A stretch of 64,000 bases of DNA from an uncultured candidate division Zixibacteria bacterium (GTDB lineage Bacteria; Zixibacteria; MSB-5A5; GN15; PGXB01), in contig OY969724.1 of NCBI GenBank assembly GCA_963702205.1, positions 1,184,001-1,248,000 of the forward strand, given 5' to 3'. The notes beneath the pieces are model-generated. The model was not told the origin of the DNA and made no database searches. It saw only the letters and a list, made by a program, of their open reading frames with translations. This document shows positions 28,209-39,006 of the stretch, one piece after another. The first letter of the stretch is position 1. The number at the start of each line of letters is the position of its first letter. Made by a program: the position numbers and the translations under genes.

Positions 28209-30387
28209 ATGTTAGGGGTGACTGAGGGCCGATTTACTATTGGAAAAGAGGTTTATTACCCCTTTTCGGTTGAAATGCATTACTTTCGGATCAATAAGAG
28301 ATATTGGTCCGTCTGTTTTGAAAGAATAAAGAAGGCGGGGTTCCGGTTACTCTCGACCTCCGTGCCCTGGAATTTGCATCAGGGGATAAACAAAGATATA
28401 GATTTTACCGGATATAATGATTCCCGGAAGGATTTGATCGTATTTCTGGAGCTGGCCCGGGAGTTCGGCTTTAAGGTGATTTTGCGGCCCGGCCCGTGGA
28501 TTTCGGGGCAATGGCCGCAGGGTGGTTTGCCAAAGTACCTGTTTCGTGACATAAAGACCTTCGCACGCGACTGTAAGGGGCAGGAGTTGATGATGCCGGA
28601 CGATCACGGTGTCGAGGGCGGCTATCTGCCGAGCTATTTAAACCCGAATTTCCAGCATTCCCTGAAAAACTATTTCAAGACGCTGGTCGAAACGACCAAG
28701 AACTACATTCACCCGCGCGGACCGGTTTTCATGATTGAAATGGACTTCGAAACGTCGTTTGGCCGACATCTGAATCCCGGATCGGCCGATTATAACCCCG
28801 AGGTTTTGCAGCGTTTTTATCCGGGCTTTTTGCAGTCCCGCTATGCCGACCTCGCCAAACTCAATAAAGAATATCATTCCAAAGATACGTCGTTCGAAAC
28901 GGTGGAACCGCCTCGCAAATTTGACGATGTCGATATGAAAGATTTGCCCCAGGTCTTTGACTGGTTTCGGTTCCGTGAACTGACATTGAAGGCATATCTG
29001 ACGACCCTCGAAGAAATTTTCAAATCATATACCGTGGAGCCGCTTTTTTTCCGTTCCTTATACTTTAAATCGGGTGATTTGCTGCCGGCCTTTTCGCTGG
29101 TTCCGAAGGAAGAAATCCCGATGCTGGGAGCGAATATATTTCCCGAGGGCACATATTTCGATCTGGCACAGAAAGGCCGGTATCTTGCCGGGGAATACGA
29201 TTTTGCCTGGGCGGCATCGTTTACGTCTGGTACACCGGCCACGGAAAAGGAAATCAACGCCGGGTTTGCGAATTATCCCGACGGATTGCGGCGATTCTAT
29301 CTGACCGCGGGTCTCGCCAGCGGCTTTAAAGGCCTCAACCATTATATGTTCGTCAACCGCGACCACTGGCGCGGTGCACCTCTGGCTTCGGACGGAACGA
29401 TTACCAGCGGTTATGAAGTTGTCCGCAATTTTAACGCCGCTGTCCTGGAATCAAAGCTGCACGCGCTGGAACGTCTGACCAAAGTCTGCGTTCTGGGCAA
29501 CCGTCAATATCAGTGGTACACTCAGCTCGAAAATCCCAAGCAATTCAATTATGTCGGAAAGCTGGTTCAGGCGACGTCGGCCGGACTTTGCCGTGACCTG
29601 CTCAAACTCAAGGTCGATTATGACATTCGCGAGTCGATCGACCCGGCCAGGATGAAAAAGTACGAGCTGGTGTTCATTCCGACCGCAGAATTTATGAGCG
29701 AGGAGATGCAGGAAGGTATTCTCGAACTTCTTAAGCAGGGCACCAATGTTATTCTCTGCGGTCTGATGCCCAAGTACGACGACAATTTCAAGGACTGCCA
29801 GACTTTGAGTCGGCAGGCCCGGATCAAAACCTCGCTCGGCAGCAGTATCGATAAGATAAAGACGAAGACCAGCGAGTTTACCGGTTACGTTTACGGGCAC
29901 GTCGTCTCGACCGACAGCAAGATCAAGAAGTTATTGACGTCGAACCGCAAGACGGTCGGAGTCGCTTCATCCCGATTCAAAGGGACGCTGTATCTGTTTA
30001 CTTTCGATATCGCTTCCAATTCCGATCACAACAAGCTTGTCTTTCTGGAATCGATATTGAGCGAGCTTAAAATTCAGCCTATAGTATACTGTTCCGATCC
30101 GTCGGTTGACATCGTCCTCAACCGTACCGACAAGAAGGTGGTTATGTATATCGTGGCGCCCCCGCCGGGTGAGCTCACGGGTACTGGCCGATACTGCTTC
30201 GAGGGAACTGGTCATAAGTGCCGATCTTCGCAAGGCCGGATTGTCGTCGGCCAAATTCAAGGTTCGCGATCTTCTGGCTTCGGAGGAAACGCCGCCCATG
30301 AAAATCACGGCCGACAATTTGAGGCGCGGGATCGCCATGAATATGACGTACCCCGACGGACAGATATTGCTGTTTGAAAAGGGCTGA
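28209..30387 (+). CDS. GH35/GH42 beta-galactosidase-like protein; apparent +1 frameshift near 30180
   Basis: Motifs EMHYFR, VPWNLH and ILRPGPWI..W..GGLP, plus a trimerisation-like C region. The C-terminus continues in the 30106..30387 frame (DTASRELVISADLRK...LLFEKG), whose TGA overlaps the ggt ATG (TGATG). The span is 3n+1. Confidence 0.8.
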
Positions 30388-32102
30388 TGTCCGCATTCAA
30401 GAGTAATATGCGTTCTATCCGGTGGATTATCTCGTTGTTGGCGGTGTGCCTGTTTTTCCCGCACTGCTCCGACATCAAAGTCGAAAAGCTCTATTCTCAC
30501 GGTGCCGTGGTGACGGCCTCGCCGATTGCTTCCGGTATTGGCTTGAATATTCTGAAATCCGGCGGTAACGCCTTCGATGCCGCGGTGGCGACAGCCTTTG
30601 CGGCCGCCGTGTGTTATCCTCAGGCGGGCAATATCGGCGGAGGCGGCTTTGCGGTCATCTATGACGCACAAACCGGGCGGGTCAAGGCCCTCGACTTCCG
30701 GGAATTTGCCCCGGGAGCGGCGTCGAGGGATATGTATCTCGATGACAGCGGCAAAGTCAGGGACGATGAGTCGCTTCTCGGCGCCAAAGCGGCCGGTGTT
30801 CCGGGGACGGTGGCAGGGATGTATGAGTTGTGGAAAAGGCACGGTTCGCTGCCGTGGTTCGACCTGGTAAAACCGGCCATTGATCTGGCCGACTCCGGTT
30901 TCGTACTGAGCCCGTACATGGGTCGTTTATTCAAAGAATATAAAAAAGAGCTGGCGCTGTTTGAAGAAACCCAACGGACCTTCTACGATGGCGACAGCGT
31001 CATAAGTGTCGGGCAGAGGCTGGTGCAGAAGGACCTGGCCGCGACTCTGGAACGAATCGGCATAAGCGGAGATTCCGGCTTTTACTTCGGCCCGACCGCC
31101 GATATGATAGTTGCCGAAATGCAGAAACGCGGCGGACTGATCTCGCACGATGACCTTGCGCAGTACAAAGCGGTCTGGCGTCAGCCGATCTCGTTCAGTT
31201 TTGATTCGCTCGAAATTTATTCCATGCCGCCGCCGTCATCGGGCGGCGTGATTATGGGGCAGATTCTCAAAATTCTCGAACCGTACGATTTCTACGGATT
31301 CAGCCCGAACCATCCGGAATACATACATCTTTTCACCGAAGCCTGCCGGTTGGCGTATGCCGACCGGGCGGTACATCTCGGCGATCCCGATTTCGTGTAT
31401 AATCCGGTCCGGGAGTTGCTCGATTCTTCATACATCGCTTCTCGGCGCAGCCAGATCGACCGGTCGCACGCCGGGCTTTCGGAAAAGGTCGGCTCCGGAC
31501 TGCCCGACACATACCATGAATCCGAAAACACGACTCATTATTCGATAGTCGATAAAGACGGTAACGCCGTAAGTATTACATACACGATCAACACGGCCTT
31601 CGGCTCCAAGCTGGTCGTCGACGGCGCGGGTTTCCTGCTCAACAACGAAATGGATGATTTTTCGATAAGTCCGGGCGTGCCGAATTATTTCGGTCTGGTC
31701 GGCGGTCGGGCCAATGCGATTGCGCCGCATAAAAGGATGTTATCGTCGATGAGCCCGACCATAGTTCTGAAAGACGATAGACTTTATCTCGTGCTCGGTT
31801 CGCCGGGTGGTTCCAAGATCATAACCGCCGTTGCGCAGACTATATTGAATGTCGACCGCTTCGGTCAGACGATCACGGCCGCGGTGGCAACGCCGCGTTT
31901 TCATCATCAATGGCTGCCGGACACGCTTTATCTCGAAGAAAAATCTTTTTCTCCGGAAATAATCGAATCGCTCAAAAAGCTGGGGCACAACATCAAAGAG
32001 AGAACGCGTTATTCGGATGTCGAAGCTATAATGATAACCGAAGATGGTTTTCTGATCGGTGCCTCCGACCCGCGCGGTGATGGCGCGGTCGCCGCTTATT
32101 GA
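30387..32102 (+). CDS. ggt: Gamma-glutamyltransferase / glutathione hydrolase
   Basis: GGNAFDAAVA, GNIGGGGF, LDFRE.AP, TTHYS (nucleophile Thr), LNNEMDDF, SSMSP, GSPGGS.I and ASDPRG. Confidence 0.96.
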   Translation: MSAFKSNMRSIRWIISLLAVCLFFPHCSDIKVEKLYSHGAVVTASPIASGIGLNILKSGGNAFDAAVATAFAAAVCYPQAGNIGGGGFAVIYDAQTGRVKALDFREFAPGAASRDMYLDDSGKVRDDESLLGAKAAGVPGTVAGMYELWKRHGSLPWFDLVKPAIDLADSGFVLSPYMGRLFKEYKKELALFEETQRTFYDGDSVISVGQRLVQKDLAATLERIGISGDSGFYFGPTADMIVAEMQKRGGLISHDDLAQYKAVWRQPISFSFDSLEIYSMPPPSSGGVIMGQILKILEPYDFYGFSPNHPEYIHLFTEACRLAYADRAVHLGDPDFVYNPVRELLDSSYIASRRSQIDRSHAGLSEKVGSGLPDTYHESENTTHYSIVDKDGNAVSITYTINTAFGSKLVVDGAGFLLNNEMDDFSISPGVPNYFGLVGGRANAIAPHKRMLSSMSPTIVLKDDRLYLVLGSPGGSKIITAVAQTILNVDRFGQTITAAVATPRFHHQWLPDTLYLEEKSFSPEIIESLKKLGHNIKERTRYSDVEAIMITEDGFLIGASDPRGDGAVAAY

Positions 32103-32106
32103 GGCT

Positions 32107-33327
32107 TCATTCCGCAGCCGGGGCGGAAGGTTCAGTCGCCGGCATGATCGTCATCGTCTTTTTATTCAAAGCCAGATATCCCAGAACAGCCGCACCGCTT
32201 CCGACGATAAATGACAGGATATACAATATCCAGCCCAATACCGCAACGGTGAAAAGAAGTGACAGGGCGATCAAACCGATTAAAAATTCCAGACCGATGG
32301 GGCCTTTGTCCCGGCCGACGAGGATGAAGACCAGTCGTCCCAGGGCAATGGCCACATAGATTTTACCGATATAAAACAATATTATACCGAGCGCGAACAT
32401 CATCAGCGAGACCGGAATTCCGAGAATCAGAGCGAAGAATATTATTCCGCCGATGGCGATGACGGCATGAGTTAAAATTCCGACCGCGAAAGCCATGCCC
32501 GGAGCTTTGAGCACCTGTTCGGAGGCGGCCTGAGTGTGCCTCTTGAACAGCAGTATCAGGACATAGCCCGTAACCAGAGTCACCAGGAACAATAAAATGC
32601 GAATTATGGATGGCAGGCCCGACGGTATTTTGATGTGTTTTCCCTTTTCGGGCCTGGTCCAGTTGGTTTTGCCGCCAATGAAAACGTTGTCCCCGAGGAT
32701 GGCTTCGTTTTTGCATTCGTAATCGAAATCACCGGCTATATGGGCCCTGTCGTTAATTTGTATGTCGTCGGCCTGAACCTTGAGGTTGCCGCCAATTTGC
32801 CCCGATATAATAACCACGCTGCCGGCTATTTCGACGTCGCCGTCGCACTGACCGGAAATCGTAATCCGTTCACCGGCGCAGGTAACATCGCGTCCGACAA
32901 CGGAGCCGCTTCGTATATTGAGATCCTTTCCGACGGCCAGTATGTTGCCGTCAATTTTGCCCGTAATCTGAATATCCTCGCAAACGGCCCGGAGAGATTT
33001 AGTGATGGTACCTTCGACGTCGGCCTGATTGGACAGGATGTTGAGGTTGCCGTCGATGTCTCCGTCGAGGAAGAAATTCTGGGCCAGGGCGCTGACGTCA
33101 CCGTTGACCCGCCCCATGATTTCGGCGTCGGTTTGAAGGATATAAATATCATCGCTGACGACTTCTTCGCGATCGACGGCTATTTCACTGCCGGACCAGA
33201 AAATCGAAGACAGGGCGGACTGCGGCAAAGCCTGCATCATCGCGAGAAGGGCGATGATTGTCAGGCCCCTGAAAAATGTCGATTTACAACCATTCATTTG
33301 CTTACTAATACGATTGGCCCTTACCAT
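32107..33327 (-). CDS. Polymer-forming cytoskeletal (bactofilin-like beta-helix) membrane protein
   Basis: Signal-like N-terminus, repeated (I/V)xGx(I/V)xG(D/N) units and ~5 C-terminal TM helices. Confidence 0.75.
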   Translation of the reverse strand: MVRANRISKQMNGCKSTFFRGLTIIALLAMMQALPQSALSSIFWSGSEIAVDREEVVSDDIYILQTDAEIMGRVNGDVSALAQNFFLDGDIDGNLNILSNQADVEGTITKSLRAVCEDIQITGKIDGNILAVGKDLNIRSGSVVGRDVTCAGERITISGQCDGDVEIAGSVVIISGQIGGNLKVQADDIQINDRAHIAGDFDYECKNEAILGDNVFIGGKTNWTRPEKGKHIKIPSGLPSIIRILLFLVTLVTGYVLILLFKRHTQAASEQVLKAPGMAFAVGILTHAVIAIGGIIFFALILGIPVSLMMFALGIILFYIGKIYVAIALGRLVFILVGRDKGPIGLEFLIGLIALSLLFTVAVLGWILYILSFIVGSGAAVLGYLALNKKTMTIMPATEPSAPAAE

Positions 33328-33421
33328 TGTTGCCGCACCCGAACGGATAAAGTATATTGCCGGTGCCTAAACGCAGACGTATAATGTATATCAGACGCAT
33401 AATTGGCAATATAATTTTGCT

Positions 33422-35176
33422 ATGAATATTCTCGAACTACTATTACTGGCGATCATTTTTTTTATTCTTGCGTACCGTTTCTATGCCCGTTTTCTGGCCC
33501 GCCAAATGGGCGAAAAGCCCGACCGCCCGACTCCCGCGGTAGATAAAAACGACGGTAAGGACTTTGTGCCGACGTCGGCCCCGGTTCTGTTCGCTCATCA
33601 CTATTCGACTATCGCCGGAGCGGGGCCGATAATCGGACCCACGCTGGGGATATTATACGGCGTTGGTCCGGCCTGGCTGTGGATAGTTTTCGGGGGGATC
33701 TTTTTTGGGGCGGTGCATGATTATTCGACGTTGTTCGCCTCGATTCGCGAGGGCGGACAATCCATCGCTGAGATAGCCCGCAAGGCTCTGGGTGATTCCG
33801 GGTTTTTGCTGTTTATAGCGTTTACCGGGATCATGCTGATTCTGGTCACGTCGGCGTTTTTATCGCTGACGGCCGTATCGCTGACTTCAATCTGGCCGAT
33901 CGACAAACTCGGGCTGGACGCCGGGCAAACCCTGCTTCGAACCCGTATGGTGAACGGGCACGAGATGGGAGTGATCGGCGGAATCGCGTCGACGTCGGTG
34001 ATAATAATCACGCTTTGCGCGCCGCTGCTGGGTTTCCTGATTTTCAAGAAGCATATCAATACGATACTATCATTCGTCCTTGCTATCGCCGTGTGTATCG
34101 TCTCGGTATTCGTCGGCTTCGGCTGGCCGGTTTCGATGTCCAGCCTGGCGTGGATGATTATTATTTCAGTCTATGTATTTATCGCCGCCGGGCTGCCGGT
34201 CTGGACTATTTTGCAGCCGCGCGATTTTATAAACGTGCAGATTCTGTATTTCGGTCTGCTGTCGATGGCCGTGTCGGTCATTGTCGCCGGATTCGGAGGG
34301 CTGAGCGCGGCCAATATGCCGACTTTCAATCTGGCCGAGGGCCGGGCTCAAATGGGACCGGTCTGGCCGATTCTTTTTATAATAATCGCTTGTGGAGCGA
34401 TTTCCGGATTTCACGCCTTGGTCGCGGGGGGAACCACGTCCAAGCAGTTGGCCAAAGAAGTGCAGGCCAGGACAATTGGATACGGAGCCATGATTCTCGA
34501 ATCGGCCCTGGCGGTGCTGGTCGTGATCGCAATTGCCTCGTCTCTGAAGTATGCCGACTATATGGCAATCGCGTGGCCGTCGGGCGGCAGCGGCAATCCG
34601 ATTCTGGCTTATGCCCTTGCGGTAGGGCATCTGGTTCATACGGCGCTGGGTATTCCGGTGGCGTTCGGGTCGATTGTGGGCATTCTCATGGTTGAGGGCT
34701 TCGTCGTTACGACTCTGGATTCTGCGGTACGATTGAACAGGTATATTTTCGAAGAGCTATGGAAGCGGGTTTTCAAGTCTGTGCCGGTGCTGTTTCAGAA
34801 ATTCTGGTTCAATTCCGGACTGGCGGTAGTTCTTATGTTCGCTTTGGCTGTTAGCAACGGCTATAAATTAATCTGGCCGGTTTTTGGTGCGAGCAATCAG
34901 CTTCTGGCGGCGTTAAGTCTTTTGGCCGTATCGGCCTGGTTGAATTTGCGCGGACGGGCCAGCTGGTTTACGATGGTTCCGGCCGTGTTTATGCTTCTGA
35001 CCACGATAGCCGCGCTGGTTTATTATCTGGTGGTTGCATATATTCCCGGCGGGAACGTTGTCCTTGTCGTAACCGATTTAATCTTATTGGTTTTGGCCTT
35101 TGGAGTAGTCGGTCAGACGCTCCGCAAAACATTTTCGTCGCGGAAAGCACAAAAATCTGCCGCAATTTCCGCCTAA
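33422..35176 (+). CDS. cstA: Carbon starvation protein A family peptide/pyruvate transporter
   Basis: TPA...DG.DFVPT...LF.HH..IAGAGPI.GP, GAVHDY, IACGAISGFH and FGASNQLLA. Confidence 0.93.
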   Translation: MNILELLLLAIIFFILAYRFYARFLARQMGEKPDRPTPAVDKNDGKDFVPTSAPVLFAHHYSTIAGAGPIIGPTLGILYGVGPAWLWIVFGGIFFGAVHDYSTLFASIREGGQSIAEIARKALGDSGFLLFIAFTGIMLILVTSAFLSLTAVSLTSIWPIDKLGLDAGQTLLRTRMVNGHEMGVIGGIASTSVIIITLCAPLLGFLIFKKHINTILSFVLAIAVCIVSVFVGFGWPVSMSSLAWMIIISVYVFIAAGLPVWTILQPRDFINVQILYFGLLSMAVSVIVAGFGGLSAANMPTFNLAEGRAQMGPVWPILFIIIACGAISGFHALVAGGTTSKQLAKEVQARTIGYGAMILESALAVLVVIAIASSLKYADYMAIAWPSGGSGNPILAYALAVGHLVHTALGIPVAFGSIVGILMVEGFVVTTLDSAVRLNRYIFEELWKRVFKSVPVLFQKFWFNSGLAVVLMFALAVSNGYKLIWPVFGASNQLLAALSLLAVSAWLNLRGRASWFTMVPAVFMLLTTIAALVYYLVVAYIPGGNVVLVVTDLILLVLAFGVVGQTLRKTFSSRKAQKSAAISA

Positions 35177-35257
35177 TTGCTTATCCGACAATAAATAAAA
35201 TCATCACGGTGCCGATATTTCCAATAAGCGGGCAGCTATGTCCGCCATAGGACAATT

Positions 35258-36823
35258 ATGCAGATATTTCATGACAAAGGAAGAACCCTCCTTCCCAGGG
35301 TGGATACCATCTTCTTGTTGTCGCGCCTGATGATTTTGTTCGGCGCGGGCTGGGCCTATTTCTATGGCCGTCTCAATTTCGCCAGTGAATTGATATTGTG
35401 GACGCTTTCGGGCGCATTTCTATTGCAGCTACTTATTTTCGCCATCGTAATGCGCGACCGTAATAATGACCTGAAAAAAGCTTATTTGTTCATGATAATT
35501 TTCGACCTGGTCTTTACCACGGTCCTGATAAATTTATCCGGCGGCATTCATTCCGGATTCTATCTTTTCTATTACCTGACCATCGCTTTTACCAGTTACA
35601 TTCTGGCGTTCTGGGCGTCGCTGACTCTGGTAGGCATAGCCTCGGTGACTTATATAATCTTCTGTATGCCGGGCTTTACTCCGGGGGCCATTCCCGATTT
35701 GATTTTGAGAGTCGGCATGATGTGGTTTTTCGTGCTGGCGATCGGGTTCGTCTCCGATTATATCCGTCGTTCGGAACAAAGGCTGCTGAACCTTTTCAAT
35801 ACCCTGAACCAGCGCACGACTGAGCTCGAAAAATCGCAGGCACATTTGGAAATGATCTATGAAAATCTCAGGGTGCTGGGTTCGATACTCGAGATCGACG
35901 GTATCATTGAAGAAGTCATGCGTATCATGGGTGAGATACTGGCCTATCCCGCCAGCGCTTTGCTTCTGATCGGTCCCGGCAACAATTTGATTTACCGTGG
36001 CCGGAATATCGCGGGGCAGTCCAATTTCCATTTAAAGGCGATGGACAAAGATAAAAACAAACTGCTGCAGCTGGTCTTCGAGCAGGGTGAAGCGGTGCGC
36101 GTGGTTGATATTTCCAAGCGCGACGATTATAACCCGCTGCGCAAGACCACCCGGTCGGTCATGCTGGTCCCGATGATTTCCCACGGCGAGGCCAAAGGCG
36201 TGCTGATTGCCGAATCTCCCGACCCGGACGCCTTCTCCACGAAAGACGAAAAATCAATGGTCGTAGTTTCGCGCTCGGCCGCTATGGCGCTGGATAACGC
36301 CATGCTCCACAAGAAAATGGAAGAACTGACCATAACCGATGAACTGACCGGAATATACAATTACCGATACTTCACGCAGAAGCTGAAAGAAGAACAAAGA
36401 CGTGCCTCCCGCTATGATTTGCCGCTGTCGCTGATTATGATCGATATTGACTGGTTCAAGAAATTTAATGATACTTATGGACACCAGGTCGGTAATATAG
36501 TATTGAAAGGTATGACCTCGGTGGTTAAACAGTGTATCAGGGATGTTGATATTTTTGCCAGGTACGGCGGCGAAGAATTTTCCATTATCCTGCCGCAGAC
36601 GCCGAAAATCGAAGCGGTTCGCATCGGCGAAAGGATTCGCGAATCGGTCGAAGCGGCGACGTTCGGCGGCATCAATGACGTTCCCGAACTAAAAGTCACC
36701 GTATCGGTGGGCGCCTCCTCGTTCCCCGAAAACGGGAAACCGTACGATGAACTCCTGTCCCTGACCGACCAGGCCCTGTACCGGGCCAAAGGCGCCGGGA
36801 AAAACCTGGTGTGTGTGATATAG
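35258..36823 (+). CDS. Membrane-bound GAF-GGDEF diguanylate cyclase
   Basis: N-terminal TM helices and a GAF domain, DELTGIYN, DID.FK.FND.YGH, RxxD I-site (RDVD) and RYGGEEF. Confidence 0.93.
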   Translation: MQIFHDKGRTLLPRVDTIFLLSRLMILFGAGWAYFYGRLNFASELILWTLSGAFLLQLLIFAIVMRDRNNDLKKAYLFMIIFDLVFTTVLINLSGGIHSGFYLFYYLTIAFTSYILAFWASLTLVGIASVTYIIFCMPGFTPGAIPDLILRVGMMWFFVLAIGFVSDYIRRSEQRLLNLFNTLNQRTTELEKSQAHLEMIYENLRVLGSILEIDGIIEEVMRIMGEILAYPASALLLIGPGNNLIYRGRNIAGQSNFHLKAMDKDKNKLLQLVFEQGEAVRVVDISKRDDYNPLRKTTRSVMLVPMISHGEAKGVLIAESPDPDAFSTKDEKSMVVVSRSAAMALDNAMLHKKMEELTITDELTGIYNYRYFTQKLKEEQRRASRYDLPLSLIMIDIDWFKKFNDTYGHQVGNIVLKGMTSVVKQCIRDVDIFARYGGEEFSIILPQTPKIEAVRIGERIRESVEAATFGGINDVPELKVTVSVGASSFPENGKPYDELLSLTDQALYRAKGAGKNLVCVI

Positions 36824-36824
36824 T

Positions 36825-37805
36825 ATGATAGACAAAATCGGACAAATATTTATAGTCGGCTACAAGGGTATCGATCCCTCGGATGGCTTCAGGCGGTTTT
36901 TCAGCCGCGAACAACTGGGCGGTGTTATCCTTTTCGAAGACAACGCCAACCCGCATTATCACGCCGAGAAAAATATTAAAGATTTCATCGCCGAGTCGAA
37001 TGTCGTTCCGTTTTTCGCGGTCGATCAGGAAGGCGGACGGGTCTGCCGTTTTCGCGGAGCCCCGGCTGAGTTCGAGTCACCGTCGAAGTACGCCGAAACC
37101 AACAATATCGAGCTTTATACCGAGCAGTTCGGCCGGGCGGCGTACTATCTTCAGTCGCTCGGAATAAATCTGCTTCTGGGCCCGGTGGCCGATCTCAATC
37201 TCGACGACCAAAACCCCTGCCTGCAGGGGAGGACATTCGGCAAGAGTCCGGCCAAAGCGATTCCGTTCATAGAACGGACCATAAAGATCGCTCACAATTA
37301 CAGCCTGCTGACCTGCGCCAAACATTTTCCGGGATTGGGGGCGTCGGTTATCGATCCGCATCACGAACTGGCCCGGGCCGATTATGACTTTCAGACGTTC
37401 ATCAACCGCGAGGGTATCACCTTCCAGGCGGCAATCGAGGCCGGGTGCGATATGGTCATGACGACACATTTGACTTTGCCCCAACTCGACAAGGAACCGG
37501 CGACGACGTCGAAAGCCGTTGTCGGCAATATGCTGCGCGGAACACTCAAATTCGACGGCATCGCCATCACGGACGACCTTCTGATGGAGGGAGCCCGGGT
37601 AATGGGTGATTACAGCGAACGGGCGCTCAAAGCTTTCAATGCCGGGCACGATATATTATTGTTCGGACAGAATTTCCGTGTAGCTGAAGAGGTAGTAAAA
37701 TATTTCAAGAAGGCCTATAAGAAAGGTCTTTTGAACGAAGAACGGTTGACCAATTCATTGGAAAGAATCTCCGGTATCAAATCCAAGCTGACGGTACCGG
37801 CGTGA
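36825..37805 (+). CDS. nagZ: Beta-N-acetylhexosaminidase (GH3)
   Basis: AVDQEGGRV, KHFPGLG....DPH and ITDDL.M; adjacent to anmK. Confidence 0.9.
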   Translation: MIDKIGQIFIVGYKGIDPSDGFRRFFSREQLGGVILFEDNANPHYHAEKNIKDFIAESNVVPFFAVDQEGGRVCRFRGAPAEFESPSKYAETNNIELYTEQFGRAAYYLQSLGINLLLGPVADLNLDDQNPCLQGRTFGKSPAKAIPFIERTIKIAHNYSLLTCAKHFPGLGASVIDPHHELARADYDFQTFINREGITFQAAIEAGCDMVMTTHLTLPQLDKEPATTSKAVVGNMLRGTLKFDGIAITDDLLMEGARVMGDYSERALKAFNAGHDILLFGQNFRVAEEVVKYFKKAYKKGLLNEERLTNSLERISGIKSKLTVPA

Positions 37806-37812
37806 CAAGGTC

Positions 37813-39000
37813 ATGATTCAGAAGCCTTTAAACAAAAAAAGTCTGGTTGTCATTGGAATCAATTCGGGGACGTCGGCCGACAGTCTCGACCTGTCCGCTG
37901 TAAAAATCACAAATAAGAAACCTGTTCTCTCCGTTAAATTCATTCAGGGTAAAACCGTAGCGTATCGCCGTACGTTATCCGACAGATTACAATGGGCGGT
38001 GGTTGATCGTTCTCTCAAGCTCGAAGAGGCCATGCTGCTCGACCGGGAGTTGGGTGATTTAATCGGGCGCGAAGCGGCGAAATTCGCGACTGCGTTGAAA
38101 AAGAATAAAATCGTACCGCACCTGGTCGCGTCGCACGGTCAAACCCTGCGGCATCTTCCGGGGCGTATTAAAATCTCCGGTAAACCGGCTCACGCCACCA
38201 TGCAGATTGGCCATGCGGAGAGCATCGCCGCGCGCAGCGGACTTTGCACCGTGGCCGATTTCCGCCAGGCCGACATCGCAGTCGGCGGTGAAGGCGCGCC
38301 GATTACGTCGGTAGCGATGTGGCATTTGTTTTCGGACAAAAAGCGTGACCGGCTACTTTTGAATATCGGCGGCATCGCCAATTATTTTTTCATCCCCGCC
38401 GGAGCGGGACCGGACAAAATGATCGCCCGCGATTGCGGTCCGGGCAACAGCCTGATAGACCTTCTGGCACGCAAATATTTCGACCGTCCCTACGATTCCC
38501 AGGGCCGTCTGGCGTCCCGAGGCAGGGTTTCGCAGAGGCTTCTGACAATTCTCCTGGCCGATGACTTTCTCAAAGGCAAATTCGGGCCGTCGACCGGCCG
38601 TGAACGATTCGGAGGAAAATTCGTCGATAAAATTGTCCGGTGGTCATCGAAACTCAAACTCAGCAAGTATGATATTATGGCGACCACGGCCGAGCTGACG
38701 GCGGTTACGATTGTCGATCATATCCGTCGGTTAGGCGGAAAGCATAAACCGGATGTACTGTACCTGTTCGGCGGCGGCGCCAGAAACAGGTTTATCGTGG
38801 AAGGTTTGAAACAGGGTTTGCCGGGAATAAAGATCGACACGGTCAAAAAACTGGGGTGCGATCCCGATTTCGTGGAAGCGGTTTGCTACGCTATAATGGG
38901 AGCGATGACTATCCGGGGAAAAACGGGAAATGCTCCCGGCGTGACGGGTGCATGGAAAAAAGTTGTGTGCGGGAAAATTATAAATATCTTCGGGGAATAA
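37813..39000 (+). CDS. anmK: Anhydro-N-acetylmuramic acid kinase
   Basis: G.NSGTS.D, SHGQT..H, DFR..D.A.GGEGAP, NIGGIAN, DCGPGN, STGRE.F and GGGA.N. Confidence 0.94.
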   Translation: MIQKPLNKKSLVVIGINSGTSADSLDLSAVKITNKKPVLSVKFIQGKTVAYRRTLSDRLQWAVVDRSLKLEEAMLLDRELGDLIGREAAKFATALKKNKIVPHLVASHGQTLRHLPGRIKISGKPAHATMQIGHAESIAARSGLCTVADFRQADIAVGGEGAPITSVAMWHLFSDKKRDRLLLNIGGIANYFFIPAGAGPDKMIARDCGPGNSLIDLLARKYFDRPYDSQGRLASRGRVSQRLLTILLADDFLKGKFGPSTGRERFGGKFVDKIVRWSSKLKLSKYDIMATTAELTAVTIVDHIRRLGGKHKPDVLYLFGGGARNRFIVEGLKQGLPGIKIDTVKKLGCDPDFVEAVCYAIMGAMTIRGKTGNAPGVTGAWKKVVCGKIINIFGE

Positions 39001-39006
39001 GACACT

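Noticed and set aside
30106..30387. Independent 93-aa gene, or programmed ribosomal frameshift
   Set aside because: It is the true C-terminus of the GH35-like gene. There is no slippery heptamer, and it shares the GTACT context of two other frameshifts on the opposite coding strand.
37315..37365. NagZ KHFPGLG instead of KHFPGHG as a sign of inactivity
   Set aside because: H/L variation is within the NagZ consensus, and the catalytic D-x-H is present.
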